Shown here: positions 51,758-64,000 of the stretch, in pieces
Layout of the letters: every line of letters begins with the position of its first letter
Position numbering within the stretch: the stretch's first letter is position 1
From: Vicugna vicugna
Lineage: Eukaryota
Direction of reading: 5' to 3'
NCBI GenBank assembly: GCA_013265495.1
Contig: MU058059.1
Coordinates: 372,001 to 436,000 of the forward strand
DNA: 64,000 nucleotides
Made by a program: the position numbers and the translations under genes
Notes under the pieces: generated by a model
Told to the model about the DNA's origin: nothing
Database searches by the model: none
Seen by the model: the letters and a program-made list of their open reading frames with translations, nothing else

Positions 51758-54700
51758 TGTGTAGAATACAAACCACAACTTAAAAAAGACTGCCACAAGG
51801 ATTCAGAATACATACTGACGTGGGCTGTAGCAGTGTAGTGTTTTAAGGGCCACTTACTAAAAAAAACGTAAGTGCATTTGTGACCATGCGAGGGGTATAG
51901 AGCGATTACAGTGGTAGCTACGACATTCTTCAGGAGCTTGGAGTCCACTGGATACGGCCAGTTACCAAACCTAACTACAGTTCATCATAATTAATGCTAC
52001 ATTAGCGATACGCAGAAGAGTTACAGTTACCTGTTTTTAAGTTAGCCACACCTGGGTGGGCCAGTACACCTGTCCAAGGTCAAAGAGTCAGGTAAGAGTT
52101 AACACAGGTATGTACACTTGTAATTTACATAATACTATACATAAACTACACTTCAATAAAAGAAAACAATTTTAAAGTTAACACAGGCGGTAATGGGAAA
52201 ACATAGGCAGGAGTCTTCCCGGGTCGTGGTATTAATGAGAAGGATCATATGTACTACAGCGTTTGGAGGAAATGCAGTAGCAGCAGTGACTATCTTAGAG
52301 GCCATTAAAAGATGCCTGACTGGGAGAGCAACACTGTAAGACCTAGAAACACAAGAATGAAAAGAAGAACATAGAGTACGGCTACATTTAGAAAGGAGGA
52401 GATGCCAGTTACCACAAAGCAAATGAGGCAAAGAAAGAAAAACAGCGAAGCATCACGATTGCGTCCGAGGTCTAATCAGGGTATAAAGTCTGTGGGGCGA
52501 GAGCGTCTGGGGTAAGAGAGAAGCGCAGCCTCGGAGGGACTCAGAGATAAATAGAGTAAAAGTACCCACTGTAACGTGCCTTGTAAATGAAGGAAGATTT
52601 AAGTCAAAATGGGAAGCGTGGGGTTCTTCCTGTTATTTACTAAACCCCCTCAGTGTTCTAACTACTCAAATCCTCTTTGGAATGGTAATAAAACCCATGG
52701 GAATGCATGAAAAGGCTAGAAAGAAGAAATGATGGGTCTGGTGGAGTGAAAGGTACATGGTTATCAACCAGCTGAAAGATATTTATTGAGTCTTCATGAC
52801 AAACACACCTACAAGGTACTTTGATGATTTGGAAACTGAAAAAGAACATAATAACCTAACTGGGAAATAAGAGACATGTGGATTAAAATAAATGCAAGGT
52901 CATTATTTTATAAATTTACATGACAAAGATTAAAGCAAGGCCATATTATTGACCAGATGATGCTTTAAAAATGTTATTTAGAGTAACTGTGATGGAAATT
53001 TATTTCATAAGTGAAATAAATGTATTTTATTTTAAATTAATTTCATGAATGTTATACCGTTTATTCTAGGGGAGACTTCTCTGACTTGAATGAGCAAAAC
53101 ATATGACTTTGCTTTAAAAGTAATACATTTTACAGCAGGAGGGAAATGAAGAGAGTGTCTAATTTTCAGATGATAAAACTGAGTCCCTGAGGGGCTAAGC
53201 TGGACATGGTCACACAGTTATTTCATGGCAAAACACTGGACTCGCATCCAGACCTTCAACTCTTCTCAAGCAGTTTCCATCACCTGCCACTGTCGCTCCC
53301 CTGGGTCAAGTTCTGTGAGCTCTGTTTCTAACCTTGCGATTGTTTTCAATTAGGTCATAAAAACGTCTCGTTACAACCAGATATGGAGAAATCAAGCCAA
53401 GTGCCAACTTCATACAGGTTTTGAGTTATGACTTGAAAAGGGTTGAGGAAAGTAACTTTATCCTTGCTAATGTGCTATCTCAAGTAATGCAGATCTTGCT
53501 TAAGAAAAAAACTGGTGATCTTATCTGTGACTGTCTCAGTATTTCGTTATTCCTTCTTACATTTCCCCACTATCTCTTCTGCCTTTGCCCAGCCCTGAAA
53601 TGCTACTCACCCCACAGTCCTGCTCCTGAACCATGTGCTCGCACAAGGCGAGCTCATCCTTCCTCAGGTCTCCTATAACCGCCTCTCCATGGGAGACTCC
53701 CAGCTCTCAATCTCCAGGTCAAGCAGCCCAGGGCCCCCAGCTGCACACTCACCCACCTCCCGTACATCTCTCAGTGGATGTTCAATGTATACTTGTCCAA
53801 AATGGAGGCCATTTTCTTTCCTCCAAAATCCTCTCCTCCTTCTTGGTTATCAGCCTCACTATCTCTGATCAGAACTGTGTAAGTCATTCTAGAATTCTCT
53901 TTCTCCCCATCCTACTTCTCCTCATCCTGCCCATTCCACTTTGTAATGACTCCTTAGCACTGCTGTGACCCTAACACACAACCTCATTTCTCTCCTGAAA
54001 AACTGCAAAGATCTGCAAACTCATCTTAATGTTTGTAGCTAGTCTCCAGTCCATCCTCTATATTGTTTCCCCCAGTACTTACTGCTAAAGCCACTCAGTC
54101 CCTATAGAAAAAGGTCCAGTCTTCAGAACTTGGCACAAGAAACACTCCATTATCTAGTCCTTTCCTTAATTAAACTCCTCACTCTCACCTCTTCTTGACT
54201 CTCATCTCCCACTCTATAATAATCGCATTCTTGAAAGCTGTGACCTCCCCCGAAACATCCTTCTTTTTTTTTTTTCATGAGAGAAGGCAACAGATATGGA
54301 CACAGGGCAAAGACAACTCATTCCTGTGAGCAGCAGCCAGCACAGTGATGATTCCAACATTCAAAACTTATAAGAAGTTGACAAGCTATTTCAGAGAAGA
54401 CATTTGCTAGCTAGCTAGTGACAGCTAGCAAATATCACAGGAACAGTGCCTGACTCAGAACCCAGAGATAAAAATATTTATTAAATCTCACCAATAACTG
54501 ACACTGGTGAAAAATCTTTGCATAAGATGTTGGATAACTGTAAATTTCCTCTTGCAGAATAGTAAGATTTCATGGTCTAATACAGTCAGTACATTCATTT
54601 GCGGGCCAATCAGCTTATATGAGGTAAAACTGGGATTTAAACCCTGATGTTCCTAACTCTACAACACATTCTGCTCCCTGACAAGAGAGTCTCTTAAAGC

Positions 54701-54954
54701 GTATTCCCTGAAACATCGGTTCCATAGATCATTCACATTATCTGTACAATGAGTTAAAACAGGGCTTTCCAATGCAGCAATTCTCAAAAATGTAATGTGC
54801 AATTCCTTCAAAATACTTACCCCAAACTGTTTCAGTAAATTTGAATGGAAGTTATACATTACCTGCAGCCAAAGACATTTTAACTACTAAAGAACTTAAG
54901 GTATTTTTACAATGACTTCATGTATCAAAATTATCTCAAAAATGTATCTCAATG

Positions 54955-55588
54955 GCGTATCACCGCATACCCATCAGGATGTTTAGTATATAAAAATAAA
55001 CAAACAAACAACAGAAAATAAGCACAGGTGAGGATGGAGAAAGACCGCACTGGTGGGAATGCAAAACGGTGCAGCGACTATGGGTAATGGTATTGCAGTT
55101 CTTCAAAATATTAAAAATGAATCGCCATATGATATGGTCATTCCACTTCTGGATATGTACCCAAAAGATTTTGAAAGCAGGGTCTCAAAGATATTTGTAC
55201 ACCCCTGTACATAGCCACAGGATTCACAATAGCCAAAAGCTGGAAGCAACCCAAGTGTCCATCCACAGATGAATGGATAAACAAAATGTGGTATAGCACA
55301 CAATGGAATATCATGTAGCCTTAAAAAGGAAGGAAATTCTCACACATGCTACCACATGGATACACCTTGAGCACGTTACGCCAAATTGAAATAAGCCAGT
55401 CACAAAAGGGCAAATACTGCATCAGTGCACCTAGATGAGGTACCTGGAGTAGTCAGATTCACAGAAACAGAAGGTGGAATGGTGGTCACCAGGGACTGAG
55501 GGGGACAAAGAAATGGGGAGCTGTTGTTTAATGGGGACCAAGTTTCCATTTTGCAAGATGAGAAAAATTCCTGGAGATTGGCTGTACG
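54955..55588 (+). mobile_element. L1MB-type 3' remnant
   Basis: ttgaaagcagggtctcaaagatatttgtacacc; ggaagcaacccaagtgtccatc; gtacctggagtagtcagattcacagaaacagaa. Confidence 0.88.
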
Positions 55589-56419
55589 GCAGCTGAAAGT
55601 ACTTAGCCCTGCTGATCCTCCCCGACCCATTAAACCAGCCTCTAAAGCTGAGTCACTGGTTATTTTGCTGCAGCTTTGATGCTGAGTGACATCGGCCCCA
55701 ACCAATAAACAGGCTGCCATTTTCGATGACTTCTACGGCATTAACCGAAGAGCCCCTTAGCTCGAAGGTAAGTGAAGACACAACCACAATGGCCACAGCA
55801 GCACCTCTGAATGATGTCTTGAAACTTATGTCAACTGGTCTGTCCCAGTAACAGCATCCTTCAGAGCTGCTCAAGTAGAAATGCTGGCTGTCATGCTATC
55901 TGGCTGTCAAACGGATGTACAGCCTTTGTTAAAGGACGCTCCCACCAACAGGCGTTCCCAAGCACAACAACCATTTCAGCAGCACCAAGGGGCTCTGTGA
56001 GCGTCACCGGAGCGCAGTCCACTGAGATGGAGACGCAGTCCGGCCGTGATCCTACCACATTTCTGTATTGCTTGGATACCAGGCCGTCCTTATCTGATCT
56101 AAAAATAACTCAAAAAAAAAGTGTATGGAAAAGGAGATTGAGGTCATTGGATTTTGCTGTTGTTACTGATTTACTCTTGTTTGCCTGTTTGTTTGGGGCT
56201 AGAAACTCTTAAGGGGAGAAACTGACCTATTGCTTCAGGAGGAGACGCTGACCAGCAGATTTATTCTTTCAGCAAGTGCAAGTCGAGAGATACAGAGAAT
56301 GCTGGTAGCTATCTCATCTTGGCTGATGTGTCTGATTACATGTGAAAGGCTAATAGAAGACAGGAGATTTTATCATCAACTGATCACTCTCCAATAACCA
56401 TACAGTCTAAGGTGACCTT

Positions 56420-57473
56420 ACCCAGGCCCATGGATTTAAACACCACCTTTATGTTTTAGGATTCCCATCTTTACATCCCCAGGCCAAGTCTCGTTTCTGA
56501 GGCCCAGCCTCATGTTTCAAACTGCCTATCTGGCATCTCAATTTTGGTATTTCAAACTCAGAATCACCGAGATAAAACACTGGAGTCCTGATGTCTCTGT
56601 TCCCAACTCCAAGTTTCTCCCTCTCAGGATAAAGACACCAGCGGGCAACTGAGCAACCAGCAACAGAAAGATGCCCTTGTTTCCACCCTCTCCTTCACCT
56701 CTCACCCTTAATCCATCAGCAAGTCACGGCTACTCAATCTCCAAAACCCTATGGAACTGATTTACTTTTCTGCAGGTTGTCCATTACCACCTTGAGCCAG
56801 GCGTTCAGCACCTCTTACAACTTAGGGCACATCCCAAAACGATGGTCAGATTCCCCTGGGTGGGGTTTCCTTGAAGTAACAGAAACAATTTTAAGACATA
56901 AAATAGATTTTGTCATTTGCATACTCAAACAATTTGGCTGAAGGCGCTTTGCACTTAAAATCCTAATTCCTTCGTGGCCTTGGAAAAACTACGCCTAGAT
57001 TCCTGTTAATTTGCATACATACTTGTCAACCTCATCCCATGTCCTTCTGTCACTCTGTTTCAAGCCACAGCAGTCTTTCCTCCCCATTTCCTGAACACGC
57101 CAATCTCTTTTCCTCCCTTTTGCACATATTTGCACATACCTAGGACGTACTGCCTCCGATGTTACGTGTGGCTGATTCTTTCTCAACATCAGGTCTCATG
57201 TCAAACGCTATTTCCTTAATGAGCTTCCTTGACCACTCTCCTTAAACCACTCCCCCTCCCATTCCTCTTCATCTCAATCTACATATCAATTACCTAGTGA
57301 CACCATCTGAATGAAATGTCTGTGTGTATTTGATTGTTTTTGTCCCTCTCTCATGATGGCTCATGAACTCTCTAAGGGTAAACACGATGGTTTACATACC
57401 CTTGCATCTCCAAGTCCTAGTACAACCAATGTATGTTGATGTGCAGTAAATATTTATCAAATAAGCGAATAAA
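56420..57473 (+). mobile_element. L2 LINE 3' region
   Basis: catggatttaaacaccacct...aatccatcagcaagtc...tggctgattctttctcaacatcaggtctca...cagtaaatatttatcaaataa. Confidence 0.78.
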
Positions 57474-57695
57474 GGTAGCTATGTGGCTGAATAGGGAAAT
57501 GGGACAAGAAAGTTTCTGCGTATACAAAGAAAATCAGAAAAAGAGGAAAGCTACAGTAAGGCCTATTATGGGCCCCAGGAACCTCAAAAATTCATTTTTT
57601 AAGTAAAATCCATTTACTAGATGACATGGGTTTGCTGCTGCTAATTAATTGTTGAAATTTTAATAAGGATCAGTTATCAAAAGTCTACTGTTCTT

Positions 57696-57960
57696 TTTTT
57701 TTTTATTGAAGTATAGCCATTTACAATGTGTCAGTTTCTGGTGCACAGCTTAATGTACCAGTCATGCATACACATACATATATTCCCTTTTTATATTCTG
57801 TTTCATTACAGGTTACTACAAGTTACTGAATGTAGTAGCTCCTTGTGCTATACAGAAGGAACTTGTTCTTTATCTATTTTATATATACTAGTTAATTTGC
57901 AAATCTTGAACTCCCAATTTATCCCTTCCTACCCTTTTTCTCCCCGGAAGTCGTAAGTTT
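57696..57960 (-). mobile_element. 5'-truncated LINE-1 3'UTR with 17-bp TSD
   Basis: T-tract plus ttattgaagtatag... TSD aaaWgtctacYgttctt at 57679-57695 and 57961-57977. Confidence 0.95.
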
Positions 57961-58851
57961 AAATGTCTACCGTTCTTAATCAAGAGGAAACAAGCAGCTA
58001 TTCAAGGCGTGAGATAAAAATTTTAAATTAATTTCCTTTTTCTTCATTCACTATCTCATTAGCATTTTGAAAAAACTTACTTCAGTTTAAGTATGACAAC
58101 AGCTAAACAATAAAGCAACAGAACAGAAAGATGCACTTATAAATGGAGAAGAATTAAAGAAAAAAAAATACCTAAGACGGAAAGCCCTCAATTGCTTTCT
58201 GAAAGAATTAGTTTAATTATTCATGAAAATGTAGCTCCTAAATGAAAACTTCAGTTTTATGGTTAAAATACTTCTCTGTAATATAAATTCCTCTCCCAGT
58301 GAATCAGATGATCTTAAGCAGGTGGGAACAAATCTATTTTTAGAAACCAAGATTTTGATGATCAGAGAAATTCCTAAGGTTCTGATGTCAACAGGGACAT
58401 TTTAAGACTTCTTTGTTCTTCAAGGATTTTAGAAAGGGCTTCATGGGGGGTTGAGTTCTCATCTGCCGAGGAGAAAGAGTGCTCAGTTCCAGCCAGGGAA
58501 CATGAGACACACCTGGGAAATGTCTTCATTCTGGCCAGTGATGCTGAAATGAGCCATTAGTTAGAAATTCAATCTTCCTCAGAACAGTCAAAGAATAATA
58601 TTAAATAGTGTGAAAGAAAAAAAGAAAGAGTCCTATTTACTTACTGAGAAACTCCAATGTTAAATTTCCAGTTTCTGATTTTCAGCCTTTGAGATTTATG
58701 TAAAATTTTGAAGGATGTCAATGCAAACCCATGTGTTGTAAAATAGTATGCTGCATTTGGAATTCCTGATCTAAGCTCACATTTTCCCGTCAACATATAA
58801 ATTAAAAAGCAGGAGGTAACATTCCAAATGAGCGCTAACTTCTATTTAATC

Positions 58852-59168
58852 TTTTTTTTTTAATTCAAGTACAGTTTACAGTCAATATCTAGGGCACAGC
58901 ATAATGTTTCAGTCACATACATATATATACACATATTCATTTCATATTCTTTTTCATTATAGTTTACTACAAGATACTGAATTTAGTTCTCTGTGCTATA
59001 CGGCAGAAACTTCTTATTTATTTATTTTATACAAAGCAGTTAGTATCTGCAAATCTGGAACTCCCAATTTATCCTTTCCCACCACCTTTCCCCTCTGGTA
59101 CCCAAGTTTGTTTTCTATGTCTGTGAGTCTGTTTCTGTTTTTAAGTACGTTCATTTGTGTCTTTTTTC
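58852..59168 (-). mobile_element. 5'-truncated LINE-1 3'UTR
   Basis: Homologous to 30285-30610 and 57696-57960. No clear TSD. Confidence 0.9.
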
Positions 59169-60869
59169 CATATTGTTTTTTGATTTTTTTTTCTTTTTAT
59201 ATTGCTGTTTCTGGCTCTAAAAACTTAGGGCAGTACTATTGCAGTCTCTTGGGTCCAAAGAAATGAAGATAAACTCATTTGGAATCAAGGAGCAAGTTGG
59301 AAATAAAATGAAGATTTTGGTCTCATTTTTAAAATTATGATTTTTAAATAATAATGTCTGAGTCAGTGAGGGAACTCAGCGCATTACCTCCAGCTAGGAT
59401 GCTGATGGTTTCTTAGCCTAGTAAATCTACAGGCATAGGGTAGGCCTTCTCTAAATGTCCGCAATTAATTAGAAGTAGGATGGAAACAGATGCAAGAAAG
59501 ATAGAAAATGGAATTATTCTGGTAAATGTAAATACCATGAATAATTTGACGGCCAAACAGCATTTTTTTACAACCTAATGATTTCTGAATACTAGAAGAG
59601 TTAATAACAAACTGCTTAAGTCAATACCTGTTGAATTATATAACTCCTAATTTGCAGGGGAGAGAGTTCACTCTGCAGCTTCTCTTGGACACCAAAATGG
59701 AATATAAAAACACTCGGTAGTCAACTGCCCAGCTAACTCTGAATTTGTGAGCTGGAACTAGTGTAATGGCTCTAAACCCCGGGATAAAGACAAATTCATG
59801 ATCCCCTGCACTTTCGCCCCAGACCACAGGAAAAGCAACAGACTTTGAGGGAGACTCGGGCTCTATTCGACCCAAATAACATGCCTCCTGCATAGCAGGC
59901 ATATAGAGAAGTCATCCTGAGCTTAACTTAGACGTATGTACAGGAGTTCCCACCCCAGAGGTTTCAGGCAAGGAGAGAGGCTGAGTAACTGTCTATAATC
60001 ATGTGAAAGACGGTGAGCTAGTCTCTTCTAGATGATTTTTGTCTCTACACCTCAGTAAAAGGAAATAAAAATTTAACACGTGACTCCAAGTCTGAGGAAA
60101 ATAGAGAATAAAGAAAGGAAGACCGGAAACAGGGAACGTCCACATCCAAAGTCTGCTCTACAAAGATGCAAAGACATGAAGACGATGCCATGAAACAGTC
60201 CGTTACCTTCATCTGGTGAAAGAGCACGACCAGCAGGAGACCCCACACGGAATTCCGTCACCAGCCCTAGCGCAGGGCAGGAGCACCTGTGCAGAGGAGG
60301 TGTCCTTCGTGATGGTGAGGACCAAGAATTTCTCCAAAAGAGCCAAATGAAGTGAGATTGTATTATTCTCCATAATTATGTTCTGCTGTTCTGAGGCCTG
60401 AGAAACAGTAAGGAAGAGCCTGTACCACGAATGAGAGCAGGTGGGTTTCCATACAAGCGCAGCAGCAGATGTGCTGCGGGGAGAGGAAGCCAATGTCCTC
60501 TCCTTCCAAGAACTACAGCTTTGGTTCATCTGGGAAGGTAGGAACTCATGCTAGGACTAAGTGGCCAAAAGAGGTCCAGTGGGAGAGAGGGAAAAACCTC
60601 CTACCTCTTTCTTGCCACCTGAGTCAGAAGGAGGAGTCATCTCCTAGACAGGTGAAGAGGGCCGGGGGGCTGGAGCGCAGGGCTTGTGGCTGCTGGGAGG
60701 AAGGGGTCCCGGCTAGGTTATACACATGAGTTCTGAGCCTACATGACGTAACTTGCAGTAATTTGTTCTCAGAGCTATTTGGAACGTCACCTGTGCAATA
60801 TTTCACAGTGGGGGCAGAACTGGAAATAAGAGGGAAAGCTGCTAAGTGGTGTTAAGTTAGAGCCAAATA

Positions 60870-61110
60870 GTAACAACATGGACTCTGGAGCCAGACACAG
60901 CTGAGGTCTGAGCCCACTGCTGCTTACGAGTGGTGTGACCAAGTCAGGTCACTTAAAAATCTCCCAGGCTCTGAGCCTTCATCTGTCAAGTGGGCACGTA
61001 ACACATTCCGCCACAGGGTAAGTGTGAGAAGAAGAGATGTCACCTGACGTGCCCAGGGCAACACGCAGCGGGTGCCCAGTGCAAGCCGTTGCAGTCGGTA
61101 GTGCAGCAGT
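60870..61110 (+). mobile_element. MIR remnant, GC/CpG-enriched
   Basis: catggactctggagccagac...gcttacgagtggtgtgacc...aggtcacttaa...ttcatctgtcaagtggg. Confidence 0.7.
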
Positions 61111-61291
61111 GGTTTCCGCATAACCGTGACGTGGGGAGTCGGGGAGGCTGTACTTCCTATGCTGCGGACACAGCGGACACAGCGCTGCGGATTCGCTCGG
61201 TTTCACTCTAAAAAAATTTTTTCAAAGAATGTATTTCCTCAGTTTGGCTCCCTAAGGCTCATTGTGGTTTGTTTTAAATTGTTTGATGTCA

Positions 61292-61429
61292 TAATGGAAA
61301 AGAATCTGAAAAGAAAAAATATATATATATGTGTGTGTGTGTATCTGTATAACTGATTTGCTTTGCTGTACACCTGAAACTAACACTGTAAATCGACTAC
61401 ACTTCAATAAAAAATTTAAAAATTTTTTT
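61292..61429 (+). mobile_element. Short L1 3' tail with perfect 16-bp TSD
   Basis: taatggaaaagaatctgaaaa...ctttgctgtacacctgaaactaacactgtaaatcgactacacttcaataaaaa. TSD aaattgtttgatgtca at 61276-61291 and 61430-61445. Confidence 0.95.
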
Positions 61430-62370
61430 AAATTGTTTGATGTCAAAGTCAGCGTGAGTACTAATTTTAAGAAAGGCCATTTTAAATTACTAACATCTAC
61501 ACCACATTCTAACATGTGACTACTTCTCTGTTCCTAGAAGCCACCCTGTATTTACTTGCATCAGAGGGCTTCCTGGATTCTACACTCACCTTCTTTGAAC
61601 AGGTAACATTCACTTGAAATTATGAGCACCCACTTGCACACTGGGAGGAAAGCTGAAGTCTCCGCATAGTTTCTCTCAGATACACTCGCCATTCTTGATT
61701 TTCCTTACAGGCGTCACAAGTCCTTTTCTCCTACGTAGCACAGACAGAAGCCCTGCGATTTTTAGGTGAAACTGTCACAAATCTGGGATTATTAGAGCCA
61801 AAATAAGTCCATTTCACCCATTACTACATTTCTAGTTAATAAAGTGTTATGATATGTGAGGATAAACTGATAATTTGGTAGCTCAATCTTACCACGTCTT
61901 GGGAGTCAGTGGTACTTTAAATTCAAATTAACCAGCTAGAGGTGCAGATTTCTTAATCCTACTTTTCCTCAGGACACATTTATCTGGCTAGTACGCAGAG
62001 TTTATGAGTGAATAAGGCTGTTTAACAGATCATTCATCAATACGTTACTCTAATTTAGGGTGTGCTTTTATTTTTAAGATGTAGTGACTTCCTAAGACAT
62101 ACAATTCTTAACAGAGAATCGGGCATACAGCACGGTATCAATTAATGGTGTATGTAGTCAGACATGTGTTATGTCTGCCATATATATTTTTTAGAAATAT
62201 CAGTGCATACCTAATACTAATTTAAATTCAACAAATATTGATAAATTCTTACCATGAGTTCAGAACCATGGGACATATAAAATCATATTGGGAGACAAGG
62301 CACATTCACGTGAAGCAAGCAGTGAAAAAAAGAACAACCTAGGTTTAAGCATTTTAAACACATGGAGTGG

Positions 62371-62738
62371 TGTTAAAAACAAGACAATATGGAGTCGTTT
62401 ATGCTAAGCCCCGTGTCACCGAGCTGAGGCTGTAATTATACAGTTTCTGGCTCTCCCAGGATTGCAGTCTTTAACCAGTCAATCAGGACTTGCCTGGTAA
62501 CCGCTAGTTAGGTAATCGTCCTGACAGACCCCTGCCATCTACTAAAGGAAAGGAACCCTGCGGTAACCAGCCCCATTTTTGCCTAGTTGAACTTCTGTAG
62601 TCCTGCTCCCTTCACTTTGTACAGCTCCTTGGAGCTCCCATTCCTTCTGCTGGTTGGGATGCTACCCGATTCATAAAGTGTTGAATTTGAAAGCCAGTAA
62701 GATCTTTACAATTCACTCAGATGACTTGTTTTTTAACA
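62371..62738 (+). mobile_element. MER34-like ERV1 solo LTR
   Basis: Inverted termini TGTTAAAAAC...GTTTTTTAACA and a 4-bp TSD gtgg/gtag. Internal atggagtc...atgctaag and gggatgctacccgattcat. Confidence 0.82.
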
Positions 62739-62806
62739 GTAGGCAACATTCGGTGTGAATTCCTGCACGTTTCCATTTGTCCCTAAGATTCTGCAGCCAA
62801 TTCTAA

Positions 62807-63567
62807 TGTGCGTGGGGTTGTCCCCCCACGTCAGGCAATTCTCCAGCACCTGCTGGGGGTCCCACAACTCAAGGCAACTCTAACACTCTCCGCCCAGAGG
62901 CAGCATCAGGTACCACAGGTTAAGGGCTCAGTCCCGCCAGACTCCCCTGCCCCCTGCTTCAGAGGATCCCAAGTCCAGGCTGTCACCTGAGCTTCTGACC
63001 AACAGGGTCTAAGTTGGAGGTTCCCTCAACCCCCTCTTTGGGTTCGATTACGTTGCTAGAGCAGCTCACAGAACTCAGGTAAGTATTTTACTTACTAGAT
63101 TACCTATGACAATGGTTAGAACTCAGAAACAGCCAGATGGGAGGGGGGACAAGGAAGGTACAGGACAAAGCGAGAAGCTTCCGTGCCCTCTCTGAGCACA
63201 CCGCCCTCCCGGCACCTCCCCGTGCTCACTATCCCGGAAGTTCTCTGAACCCCGTCCTTTGGACTTTTATGTGGGTCTCATTATGTAGAAATGATTGACT
63301 GAATCACTGGCCACTGGTGACTGAACTTCACCTCCAGCTCCACTCCCCTCCGAAGGAAGTCAGGGGATGGGACTCAAAGTTCCAACCCTCTAATCACAGG
63401 CTGGCTCCCCTGCCAACCAGCCCCCATCCTTAGGTGTGCTCCAAAAGTACCTCATTAACGTAACAAAAGACACCATTACTGATCTCTGCACTTGGGAAAT
63501 TCCAAAGGTTTCAGGAGTTCTGTATCAGAAAGGGGTCGGAGACCAAATATACACTTCTTTTATCACA
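62807..63567 (-). mobile_element. MER21-like LTR
   Basis: ggttaagggctcagtccc, gctagagcagctcacagaactcagg and tgattgactgaatcactggccactggtga are reverse-complement homologues of 21525-22420. Confidence 0.85.
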
Positions 63568-64000
63568 GTTCCCTCTGCTTTTCTGCAGGAATATAGAAGG
63601 AAAAAAGACTTAAAAAGCAATTTGTTTCATTATCAGAAAAATGACTTCTCAATTTTCCCAATTACCTTACAAGTTGAAGTTAAACTTAGTGAAAGGGGAA
63701 ACTGCATGTCCGTGTAGTAGATATTCTGTGGATGTACTAACCTGAAACTACACATGCCTGGCCCCTCTCCAGCCTAGACAAATTGTTTACCAACTCTGAG
63801 TCAAGCAGGCTGAAATGTCCATTAACTTAATAGCTATGATAGAAAATGTTTTAGAACTGATGGACGATGAGTATGAGATGGAAGGTAAAAGCATTATTGC
63901 TGCTACTAAGAGATAACTACAGAAACCACTTCACAAACACTAGAAATTGGTAAATGGAGAACCACTGTGAACCCTTTGCTTTCATCTGTGTCACTTCAAT

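Noticed and set aside
54402..54433. 11-bp-arm hairpin atttgctagct...agctagcaaat
   Set aside because: Built from the self-complementary GCTA microrepeat; too short to imply function.
21525..63567. Two MER21-like LTRs possibly bounding one provirus
   Set aside because: Opposite orientation, ~40 kb apart, diverged, and no gag/pol sequence between them. They are independent solo LTRs.
1..64000. Naming the host gene
   Set aside because: No coding exon was recognised and I cannot match the candidate UTR exons to a gene from memory. A BLAST search is needed.

Overview
Mammalian, repeat-rich, apparently intronic DNA. It is almost certainly from a camelid: there are three tRNA-derived vic-1-type SINEs and young L1 3' ends of ungulate type. 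I find no host protein-coding exon and no prokaryote-type system (no CRISPR, operon or RNA gene). The only real protein-coding signal is an uninterrupted 328-codon C-terminal fragment of LINE-1 ORF2p (8529-9515, minus strand) inside a young 5'-truncated L1. The remaining ORF calls are noise or decayed or antisense repeat frames. Much of the window is LINE-1 of several ages, L2, MIR, solo LTRs (MLT1, MLT2, MER21-like, MER34-like) and Tigger-family DNA transposons. Well-formed, stop-containing exon candidates on the minus strand (best: 17116-17275 and 27091-27255) suggest the 5'-UTR/intronic part of a large minus-strand gene or lncRNA that I cannot name. The most interesting observations are atypical retrotransposition products: an L1 with a ~58-bp target-site duplication (TSD), a tailless internal L1 fragment captured inside an older L1, a double-tailed L1, an L1 lacking its terminal 3'UTR, and a SINE with a 3' extension. 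There is also a nested palindrome inside an MLT2 LTR. Repeat subfamily names come from recognition by eye, and boundaries of old repeats are approximate. I found no evidence for a wholly new biological system.
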